The notes below the pieces were generated by a model, which saw only the letters and a list, made by a program, of their open reading frames with translations, searched no databases and was not told where the DNA came from. From positions 1 through 21,435 of the forward strand of contig JBDHAB010000063.1 in the NCBI GenBank assembly GCA_039588295.1: a DNA stretch of 21,435 bases, read 5' to 3'. Position 1 is the first letter of the stretch. Every line of letters begins with the position of its first letter. This document shows positions 1 through 7,819 of the stretch, piece after piece. The position numbers were made by a program, and so were the translations under genes. The stretch comes from Gemmatimonadota bacterium (lineage in GTDB: Bacteria > Gemmatimonadota > Gemmatimonadetes > Gemmatimonadales > GWC2-71-9).

Positions 1-2
1 AT

Positions 3-1427
3 AACGGCAAGGTGGGCATGTGGGGGATCTCGTATCCCGGGTTCTATGCTGCGGCGGCGCTGCCCGAAGCGCATCCCGCGTTGGTCGCTTCGTCACCCCA
101 GGCGCCGATATCCGATTTCTTCTTCGACGATTTCCATCACCACGGCGCGTTCACGCTGTCCTACTGGTTCATCACGCCGGTGTTCGGCTACCAGAAGGAC
201 GAGCCGACATCGGGGAACTGGTTCTCCTTCCCGCCGCGCCACACGCCGGACGGCTTCAAGTACTACATGGATCTGGGGCCGCTCAGGAATTCGAGCGAGC
301 ACTTCGGCGAGGACAACTTCTTCTGGCACGAGCTGGTGGAGCACCCGAATTACGACGAGTTCTGGCAGCGCCGCAGCATCCTGCCGCACTTGCAGGACGT
401 GGATCATGCGGTGATGACCGTGGGCGGGTGGTTCGACGCGGAGGACCTCTACGGACCGCTCAACATCTATCGCACGCTGGAGCGGGAGAACCCGGGCACG
501 TTTAACGTATTGGTCATGGGCCCATGGAGTCACGGGCAGTGGGCATCGGGGGACTCCGTGCAATCGGTCGGCAACATCTTCTTCGGCTACAACATTTCCG
601 ACTGGTACCGGCGCGAGGTCGAGGCGCCGTTCTTCCGCTACTTCCTCAAGGGCGAAGGGGAAGCTCCGGACTTCGAGGCGCTGGCGTTCGATACGGGTCT
701 CAAGGAGTGGCAGGAGTTCCCGGTGTGGCCGCCGGCCGACGCGGAATCGGCGCGGTTCTACCTGCGGTCAAACGAAATACTGTCGCGCGAGGCTCCCACT
801 GCGAGCGAGACGCCACACACCGAGTACGTGAGCGACCCCAACGAGCCGGTTCCCTACACCGACGAGCTGCGGTTCGTGATCACCCCCAGCAAGTACATGA
901 CCGACGACCAGCGGTTCGCCGAGCGCCGGCCCGACGTGATCGAGTTTCAGACGGAGGTGCTCGAGGAAGATCTCACGCTGGCCGGGGAGATCCTCGCGCA
1001 CCTGGAGGTGTCCACCACCGGTACCGCCGCCGACTGGATCGTCAAGCTCATCGATGTCTATCCGGACAACGAGTCGAACAACGAGCACACGCCCGAACGG
1101 ATTCGGCTCGCGGGTTACCAGCAGATGGTACGGAGCGAGATCATCCGTGGCCGATTCCGCAACAGCTACGAAGATCCCGAACCGTTCGTGCCCGGCGAGG
1201 TCACGACGGTGAACCTGCCGCTGCAGGACGTGTTCCACACGTTCAAGCGTGGCCACCGCATCATGGTGCAGATCCAGAGCACGTGGTTCCCGCTGTTCGA
1301 TCGCAACCCGCAGACCTATGTCGACAACATCTTCAAGGCCTCGGCGGAGGACTTCGTCACGGCGACGCACCGGGTGTATCACGCACCGGGCAACGCGAGC
1401 TACGTGGAAGTGAAGGTGATGCCGTAG
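3..1427 (+). CDS. CocE/NonD family hydrolase (alpha-amino acid ester hydrolase / X-Pro dipeptidyl peptidase-like), 5'-truncated by window edge
   Basis: Frame is open from position 3 (NGKVGMWGISYPG = nucleophile elbow GxSYxG). Acid motif GGWFDAEDLYG, His motif GPWSHG, and a C-terminal PepX_C-type region (YVSDPNEPVP, HTFKRGHRIMVQIQSTWFPLFDRNPQ). TAG at 1425-1427. Confidence 0.93.
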   Translation, partial: NGKVGMWGISYPGFYAAAALPEAHPALVASSPQAPISDFFFDDFHHHGAFTLSYWFITPVFGYQKDEPTSGNWFSFPPRHTPDGFKYYMDLGPLRNSSEHFGEDNFFWHELVEHPNYDEFWQRRSILPHLQDVDHAVMTVGGWFDAEDLYGPLNIYRTLERENPGTFNVLVMGPWSHGQWASGDSVQSVGNIFFGYNISDWYRREVEAPFFRYFLKGEGEAPDFEALAFDTGLKEWQEFPVWPPADAESARFYLRSNEILSREAPTASETPHTEYVSDPNEPVPYTDELRFVITPSKYMTDDQRFAERRPDVIEFQTEVLEEDLTLAGEILAHLEVSTTGTAADWIVKLIDVYPDNESNNEHTPERIRLAGYQQMVRSEIIRGRFRNSYEDPEPFVPGEVTTVNLPLQDVFHTFKRGHRIMVQIQSTWFPLFDRNPQTYVDNIFKASAEDFVTATHRVYHAPGNASYVEVKVMP

Positions 1428-1433
1428 GGGGTT

Positions 1434-1501
1434 GACGGATGGGCGGAGAGGCGATCGGCGGGGTCACCAAGGCTCACCAACCGTCCATCTGTCTCTCCGC
1501 C
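1434..1501. repeat. Intergenic inverted octamer-run element
   Basis: GACGGATG-GGCGGAGA-GGCGATCG (1434-1457), then CAACCGTC-CATCTGTC-TCTCCGCC (1478-1501; reverse complements GACGGTTG, GACAGATG, GGCGGAGA). GGCGGAGAG 1442-1450 is the exact complement of CTCTCCGCC 1493-1501. Confidence 0.6.
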
Positions 1502-1503
1502 GA

Positions 1504-1546
1504 GCCCCCTCCCCCGTACCACGGGAGAGGGGGCCAGAGGGTGAGA
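1504..1546 (-). repeat. REP-like palindrome (CCCTCACC..CCCCTCTCCC-loop-GGGAGAGGG type), possible terminator between convergent genes
   Basis: GCCCCCTCCCCCGT (1504-1517) / ACGGGAGAGGGGGC (1521-1534) form a 14-bp stem whose one mismatch is a G-U pair on the minus strand. It is followed by CAGAGGGTGAGA and lies directly downstream of the stop at 1549. Confidence 0.6.
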
Positions 1547-1548
1547 GA

Positions 1549-2124
1549 TCAGAACGTCAGGCGGCCAACCTCAATACCGATACGTTGTCCGGTGGTGCCG
1601 CCCGGCATTGCCACCCTGATGGGCTCGAGCATCCTGACTTCAGGTCGAATGTTCAGAGCCACCAGCGCCCGATTGTAGGCTTTCACGTCGTTGACGGCCG
1701 TGATGGTACCCCACACCCAGTTCACCACGTAGCCTAGCGCGAAGATGCCGGCAATGGCGTACCCCGGGTCATCTTCGTCACACACCGAGAATCCGTCGAT
1801 GCACGCGGCCGCCAACCCGACTCCGGCCCCGACCGTCGTAACGCCGCCAATGATCAAATGGCGGATGCCGTGAGCATTGTTGCCCGCATAGAACGATCCG
1901 GTACCGTAGGGAAGGAAGAAACTGAGAATGCCCGCGAGCCAGGTACTCTTCTCACCGCGCTGCTGGACCGGCAAGGTGACCAGGGATGCCAACATCGGAG
2001 TTGGCAGTACCATCGGCGAGGGAGCCTCGAGGATGGATCCCATCGCTTGAGCCGAAGCGTGACGAGGCGTACCAAGGGCGCCGAGTGCGAGGATCAAGCC
2101 TGCACAGGCAACGGTCCGGGTCAT
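1549..2124 (-). CDS. Exported/membrane protein with TM2/DUF5683-like motif (191 aa)
   Basis: Start reassigned to ATG 2124 (MTRTVACAGLILALGALGTPRHASAQ, signal peptide with AxA site), with GGAGG 6 nt upstream. Motif KSTWLAGILSFFLPYGTGSFYAG, two further hydrophobic helices, C-terminal Phe. Confidence 0.75.
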   Translation of the reverse strand: MTRTVACAGLILALGALGTPRHASAQAMGSILEAPSPMVLPTPMLASLVTLPVQQRGEKSTWLAGILSFFLPYGTGSFYAGNNAHGIRHLIIGGVTTVGAGVGLAAACIDGFSVCDEDDPGYAIAGIFALGYVVNWVWGTITAVNDVKAYNRALVALNIRPEVRMLEPIRVAMPGGTTGQRIGIEVGRLTF

Positions 2125-2159
2125 TGTGGCCTCCAGGCGAGTGACAGGGGGAGCCACAA
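2124..2159 (-). promoter_or_regulatory. Hairpin pairing the RBS of the 1549-2124 gene
   Basis: mRNA reads TTGTGGCTCC-15 nt-GGAGGCCACAA(TG): 10 bp plus one bulge, covering the SD and the A of AUG. Confidence 0.45.
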
Positions 2160-2210
2160 GATTGCACTCAGTGAGCGGACGCGCAACGGAACAGAGGCGG
2201 GGGGTCAGAC

Positions 2211-3947
2211 CTACCGCGTCAACCGATACACACTCCCGCCCAGACTCACCACGTACAGCTCCCCGGCAGCATCCTCGCCGAACGAGCCGAGTTGTGAGAC
2301 CGTACCGAGGTCGGAGGTATGGTCCACCGGATCCGTCGCGGTCGATCCGTTGAACCGGAAACTCCGGATCCAGCCGCTGCAGTAGTCGGCGTAGAAGTAG
2401 CGTCCGTTGAGTTCCGGCAGGTCGCTGCCACGATACACGTAGCCGCCCGTCACCGAGCAGCCCTGGGCGTGCGGGTACTCCGCGACCGGTAGGACCAGCC
2501 CGGTCTGGGTGCACGACGCGGCGTTGAAGCAGTGCGCGCCTTCCATGACATTCCATCCGAAGTTCTCTCCACCACCACTGGAACCGAGCTGCACGCTGAC
2601 TTCTTCCCAAGCGTTCTGCCCCACGTCACCGATGTAGAGATCGCCCGACTGTCGATCGAACGAATACCGCCACGGGTTCCGCAGGCCGTAGACCCAGATC
2701 TCTCCCCGTGCCGCCGCATCGTTCACGAACGGATTGTCCGTGGGGATTGTGTAGGGACTGCCGGCGTCAACGTCGATCCGCAGAATCGATCCCAGCAGCG
2801 TGGTGCTGTCCTGCCCGCTGCCCAGCGGATCTCCTCCCGATCCACCGTCGCCGAGTCCGATGTACAGCATGCCGTCGGGTCCGAACGTCACCTGTCCGCC
2901 GTTGTGATTGCCGAACGGCTGCCCCACCACCAGCAATACCTGTTCGGACGAAGGCGCCGCACTATCCGGGTTGGCACTCACGGTGAATCGCGAGACGTGG
3001 GAGTCGCCGTTCAAATTCGTGTAGTACACGAAGAACTGCCCGTTCTGCGCGTAATCCCGATGAAACGCCACACTCAGGAGCCCCTGCTCGCCGCCTGCTT
3101 GCACACTGCCCCGAATATCCAGAAACGGGGAACTGAGAACGGTACCGTTCCGGATGATCTTGATGACGCCGCCGCGCTCGACCACGAACAGTCGCGTATT
3201 GTCATCGGGAGCGTGCGTGAGAAAAACCGGGCTCGAGAACCCGCCCGCCACGAGCGTCAACGACAGGGTCGTCGCGGGTGCGTCCTCGACCACGACGATC
3301 TGCCCGCTGGTCACCCCACCGTAACTCGCTCGGACGAGCGTCTCACCCGCACTCACTCCCCGCACCTGCCCGGTGCGATTGCCCGTGCCCGCCACGGTCG
3401 CCACGGCCGGATTCTCCGACATCCAGCTCACGGTGACGTCTAGCGTGTCGTCGGTCACGTCCACCACGGTCGCTGAAACCAACGCCGTTTCGCCGACGGC
3501 TAGCGTATCCAACGGCGCGTCCACCGACAGCTGCCAGCTCGCCAGGGTTACCGTTAACGGTGCCCCGGCTGCGGCGGCCGATATGGTTGCCGTGACGGCC
3601 GTATCGAGGATCCCCGTCACGGCAAGTGTCACCGAGTCCGAGTGCGTCAACGTTTGGGAGGCATCGAACGCGCGCACCGTGATCGTTCGATCTTCCCCAG
3701 GCGGGATGAGCAGTCGCGCGGAAGCGAACCCGCCCGCGACGTCGACATCGAAAGTCCGGAAACCATTCACATCCGGACCACTTACCTCCACCGTCCCCGA
3801 CGCGATTTCGGTCTGGTAGACCTCCGCGCTCACGAACACGGTGACGTCGTCGAGTGGCGGATCCACGGGACCGTCACTACAAGCGATAGCGAGGAGCGCG
3901 GCTGGAGCGAGCAGCCGCGCCACACGAGCAATGCGTGTTTGAGACAT
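2211..3947 (-). CDS. Lipoprotein: Ig-like (Big_2) domain(s) + PQQ-dependent sugar dehydrogenase (GSDH / sorbosone dehydrogenase beta-propeller)
   Basis: Likely start MSQTRIARVARLLAPAALLAIAC (lipobox-like Cys). Big_2 signature VSWMSENPAVATV. GSDH motifs GEQGLLSVAFH, NHNGG, FGPDGMLYIGLGDGG, YGLRNPWRYSFD, GDVGQ, SFGEDAAGELY. Confidence 0.9.
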   Translation of the reverse strand: MSQTRIARVARLLAPAALLAIACSDGPVDPPLDDVTVFVSAEVYQTEIASGTVEVSGPDVNGFRTFDVDVAGGFASARLLIPPGEDRTITVRAFDASQTLTHSDSVTLAVTGILDTAVTATISAAAAGAPLTVTLASWQLSVDAPLDTLAVGETALVSATVVDVTDDTLDVTVSWMSENPAVATVAGTGNRTGQVRGVSAGETLVRASYGGVTSGQIVVVEDAPATTLSLTLVAGGFSSPVFLTHAPDDNTRLFVVERGGVIKIIRNGTVLSSPFLDIRGSVQAGGEQGLLSVAFHRDYAQNGQFFVYYTNLNGDSHVSRFTVSANPDSAAPSSEQVLLVVGQPFGNHNGGQVTFGPDGMLYIGLGDGGSGGDPLGSGQDSTTLLGSILRIDVDAGSPYTIPTDNPFVNDAAARGEIWVYGLRNPWRYSFDRQSGDLYIGDVGQNAWEEVSVQLGSSGGGENFGWNVMEGAHCFNAASCTQTGLVLPVAEYPHAQGCSVTGGYVYRGSDLPELNGRYFYADYCSGWIRSFRFNGSTATDPVDHTSDLGTVSQLGSFGEDAAGELYVVSLGGSVYRLTR

Positions 3948-3997
3948 AGAGAGAGTGTACCGAACTCGGGGTCGAGATGTTCCGCTGTGGAAGGTTA

Positions 3998-4055
3998 AGC
4001 GGATGGACGAACAGACGGTCGCAGAACTCACAACCGCCGGTCCGCCACATCCGCC
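3998..4055. repeat. Second intergenic inverted octamer-run element
   Basis: AGCGGATG-GACGAACA-GACGGTCG (3998-4021), then CAACCGCC-GGTCCGCC-A-CATCCGCC (4031-4055). GCGGATG 3999-4005 is complementary to CATCCGC 4048-4054. Confidence 0.55.
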
Positions 4056-4085
4056 AGAGGGAAGCGGGCTTCCTCCTCGCTCCCG

Positions 4086-4304
4086 CTACAACTTGTTCTC
4101 AAGCATCTGGCGCAGCAGCAGTGCAATGTCGAGGACGAGCAGTATGAGCGCCCAGTCTAGAAGCTGACGTGGGTAGACGTCCGTCAGCGGGATGCTCGTC
4201 CCGAGCAGATTCAGTGCCTTCTCGACGATCGCGAGCGCGAACAGAAAGACCGCGATGGCGAGAAAGACCGGCGCGGTGAACACATGTTCCGTCTTGTCGT
4301 TCAT
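4086..4304 (-). CDS. Small two-helix membrane protein (72 aa), hypothetical
   Basis: ATG 4304 (MNDKTEHVFTAPVFLAIAVFLFALAIVEK...) with GGGGG upstream. Two hydrophobic segments. Co-oriented downstream of the amidohydrolase. Confidence 0.7.
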   Translation of the reverse strand: MNDKTEHVFTAPVFLAIAVFLFALAIVEKALNLLGTSIPLTDVYPRQLLDWALILLVLDIALLLRQMLENKL

Positions 4305-4375
4305 GTCTACCCCCGGTTGTGCGTTTCCCGGTCCATTGGTTTGATGGACTGGTCGGCTCCCCCAATGACGCCTCC

Positions 4376-7300
4376 TCATCTAATCCCGGCCTTCGCCTCC
4401 ATGCCGGGCTCCGCCAATACCCACATGCGCTCGAGTTGGCGGTCACGAGGCCACACCTCGTTCAGCGTATCGCCCTCGTAGAGCCGGCCGTTCTTCATCA
4501 CGTATCGAATCGTGTTGGTATTGCGGATGTTCTCGAGCGGATTGCCGTCCATCACGATGAGATCGGCGAGCTTCCCCGCCTCGATCGAGCCGAGCTCTTG
4601 GTCCAGTCCAATTGCCTCGGCCCCCATGATCGTGGCGACACGCAGCGCATCGTGCTCGGTCATGCCACCGGACTGCATCGACCACAGTTCCCAGTGATAA
4701 CCCAACCCCTGGAGCTGGCCATGGCTGCCGACACCCGCACGGCCGCCCGCCTCGACAATCTGCTTGACACCGACCGCGTGATCTTCGAACACGTGCTCTT
4801 CATCCATGAACCAACCGGCGTTCCGACGGCGTGTCGATCGGTCGAGCACGCTGTGCGGTGTGAACCGCGCGAGTTTTGGATCGTCGTGCGGCCGCTCCGT
4901 GGCGTACCAGTAGTTCTCGGCCCACGGCCCGCCGTAGGATACGAGCAGCGTCGGCGTATAGGCGATCTTCGACTCGGCCGCCAACGTCACCACGTCTCTA
5001 TACAGCGGATACACCGGCAGGGAGTGCTCCTGACCGGGATAGCCGTCCAACATCATGGTGAGATCGTACATGAACCGCAGCCCACCCTCCGTGGTGGGCA
5101 TCAGCTCCTGCTCCTTTGCCGCCATTATGACCCATTGCCGCTGCTGGCGGTTCCCCGCCATGTACATCTTGATGGTCTTGGTGTCGTAGTACTCGCTGTA
5201 CCGCTTCAGGATGTCGCGCGCATGGTCCAGATCCTTGATCGGCGCCTCCACGTAGTCGCCGAACACCCCGGGGCCGGTCGAATAGACGCGTGGACCGATC
5301 ATCTGACCCGCGTCGACCAGATCACCATACGTGATCACATCGGTCGATGAAGTCTGGGGATCGCGCGTGACCGTGACGCCGTACGCCAGGTTCGCCAGAT
5401 ACAGCCACACCTGCGTCTTGTGAATCCCCCACGCAGGCCACATATGCGAGTGCGTGTCCACGAAACCAGGGACGATGGTCTTTCCCGCGACGTCGATCAC
5501 TCGCACATCCCCCGGAACCGTGACCTGCCCCCGCGTCCCCACCCCCTCAATGCGGTTGTTGCGGATCACGAGATCGGCATTCTCGATGACCTCGGCGCCG
5601 TTCATCGTGATCACCCGCGCGCCACGTAGCACCACCGTGCCCTGCGGAATGTCACGCGCAGCGCGGATGACAATGCGATGCTCCTCGGGTTCGTACCCCT
5701 TGTCCTTCTCCTTCTCCTTGTCCTGTTCTTCTTCCTCTTTGTCCTCTACAGCCTCGCCCTCCTCCTCCGTGTCCGCTTCGTCCTTCTTCACTGCCTTGAT
5801 CGAATCCTCCACGGCCTCGGCGCGATCCAGGTCGTACACGAAATGCGCGTTGCCGATGGACCAGTGAACCTTCCTGCCGTCCGAGCCCCACGTGGGAAAC
5901 TGCCCGCCGACCACCGTGAGCTTCCGTGCCGGGAAGGCCGCACTCTCGGGCTTCGCAACCGAGATCGTTGGCGTCTCACCACCGATGTACGGCACGGTGA
6001 CGACGTAGAGGTCGTTGTTCACCTGCGCGAGCGCTTGGTCGCCCATCGGAGCCATCATGATGACCGATGCGCGGTTGGGCTGCGTGGCGCCCGGACGCTT
6101 GTTGCCTTCAACCTTGACGTGCGCCTTCTCATCGGTGCCGTCCCACCGGATCGACAACAGTCCCTTGCTGCCGTGGTGCAGGTAGATCCGGCTCGCATCG
6201 TCGGTGAAGTGCGGAGTGGAGCGTCCATCCGTCGGCGCAATCATCGTGAGGTCGCCACCGTCGGCGGCAATCCACACAAGGTCATTGGCCGCGCCGGGTG
6301 CGCGAGGGCCTGTCGCTTCCCGATAGGCCCGCACGGGTCCACGAATCGCCACGATGCGGTCCCCCGAAGGCGACCACGCGGGCTGTTGATACGTGGCCGG
6401 ATTGCGCGTGAGCTGTGTCGGTTGGCCGCGCCCGTTGGCACGCACTTTCTGGATGTGCCCTCCGTCGGGTGACCACGTGACGTAGGCAATCCACTGCCCG
6501 TCCCGCGACCATGCCGGATGTGCCTCAGTGATCGACGCATCGGTCAGGCGCTGAGGGGCGCCGTCCGGATAGTCCATGACGTACAGCCGATCGAGGGCGA
6601 CGAACGCCAGCTTCGATCCATCCGGTGACGGCACCGCATCGCGCACCTGGCGCACGGTAAACTCAGCGGAATCCGAGATCTCGTAGTCGAATGCGAGTTC
6701 CGGTCCGAGCGCCAGCTCCTCGTCGACTTGGAAGGGAACGGCAATCGGGTCGCCCCCATCTACCGGGATACGCCAGATCTTCCCGCCATACGAAGCGACC
6801 AACTCCTTGGAGTCCGGTGTGAACGCCATGCCCGGCAACACGTCGCGATCGGCGATCGACTCCTGATCGTCGCGCTGCACGGGATACGCGAGCCACCGCT
6901 CCTCTCCGGTCTCGAGCTCGCGCAGGCGGAAGCCCGTCTCATCCTCGTGGCGCGTGCCGTACACCAACCATCTTCCGTCGGGCGAGATGGTCGGCCGGAA
7001 CGCGGAGCCATAGCGGAACGTCCGCGCGTAGTCCTGGCCCGTCTCGCGATCGTACACGCCGAGCTGGTACTGCGGGAAGCTCGCGTTGTAGTTCCAGCTC
7101 CCGGTCCGCCGCGCATACCAGATGTAGCGGCCGTCCGGCGCCACTGCGGCACCCACCGTCTTGAGGTTGTCCGGCTTCTTATGGAGCTGGGCCCCGCTCC
7201 CACCGTCGACATGGCCGATCCACAACTTGACCACGCCAAGTCGCGTCTCACCCTTGGACGCCGCCACGTAGTTCCCGTCGGGGGTCCAGTCGGGTGACAT

Positions 7301-7700
7301 CCACGTGTTGCCGTCGCCCTTCGTGATCTGGGTGGTGTCCCCCGATTCCACGTCGAGCGTCCACAGGTTGTCACCACCGGAGCGGTCGGACACAAAGAGG
7401 ATTTGCCTCCCATCGGGGCTGTAGCGCGGTTGGCCGTCGAACGCCAAACCCTCGGTGATCCGCGTGGCCGGCCCGCCGGCCAGCGGCACCGTGTACAGAT
7501 CACCCAGGAGATCGAACACGACCGTCGCACCGTCCGGACTCACATCCACCGAGATCCACGAGCCCTCGTCGGTGGACAGTTCAATGGTGCGCTCAGCCCG
7601 GAGCGGGATCCTGCTGGGGAAGCGCAGCGGAAGGCTGTGCTCGGGCCGCAAGGAGCCCGGTGACGAGGAGCGCGCTGAGAATCCAACGGGTCCGGTACAT
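4376..7700 (-). CDS. PD40/TolB-like beta-propeller + amidohydrolase family protein; N-terminal signal peptide is out of frame (frameshift near 7600-7620)
   Basis: Multiple SPDG/TPDG/SRDG PD40 repeats and an acidic linker, then amidohydrolase motifs PGFVDTHSH, TEGG, GQEH, GSHGQLQG, LGSIEAGKLADL, VMKNGRLY. GGAGG + ATG 7700 encodes MYRTRWILSALLVTGLLAARAQPSAALPQQD in a different frame that stops at 7593-7595. Confidence 0.88.
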
Positions 7701-7750
7701 AGCGGCAAGCCTCCGAGTAGTGCTGACGATTGTGATGGAAGGGTGCAAGA

Positions 7751-7813
7751 TAGCAGGGATCAGGGAACAGCGATAAGGGAGAAGGGATAAGGGAGAAGGG
7801 AGAAGGAAGAAGA
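7751..7813. repeat. Degenerate heptamer tandem repeat (about 9 units, consensus GA[GT]AAGG)
   Basis: TAGCAGG GATCAGG GAACAGC GATAAGG GAGAAGG GATAAGG GAGAAGG GAGAAGG AAGAAGA, located between the kinase stop and the amidohydrolase start. Confidence 0.85.
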
Positions 7814-7819
7814 GTTGCG

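Noticed and set aside
2125..2610. N-terminal extension of the 353-aa ORF
   Set aside because: Overlaps the dehydrogenase in another frame. RBS and signal peptide point to ATG 2124.
4376..5460. Amidohydrolase GSHG in place of the usual metal-ligand Asp as a sign of inactivation
   Set aside because: As recalled, G.HGQLQG is typical of this PD40-fused subfamily, and the HxH motif is intact.
5695..5800. Pyrimidine-rich low-complexity tract
   Set aside because: It encodes the Glu/Lys/Asp-rich linker of the amidohydrolase and is not an independent repeat.
7751..7813. Possible CRISPR array or small ORF in the heptamer tract
   Set aside because: There are no spacers, units are only 7 nt, and no cas genes are present. 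Translations are low-complexity artefacts.
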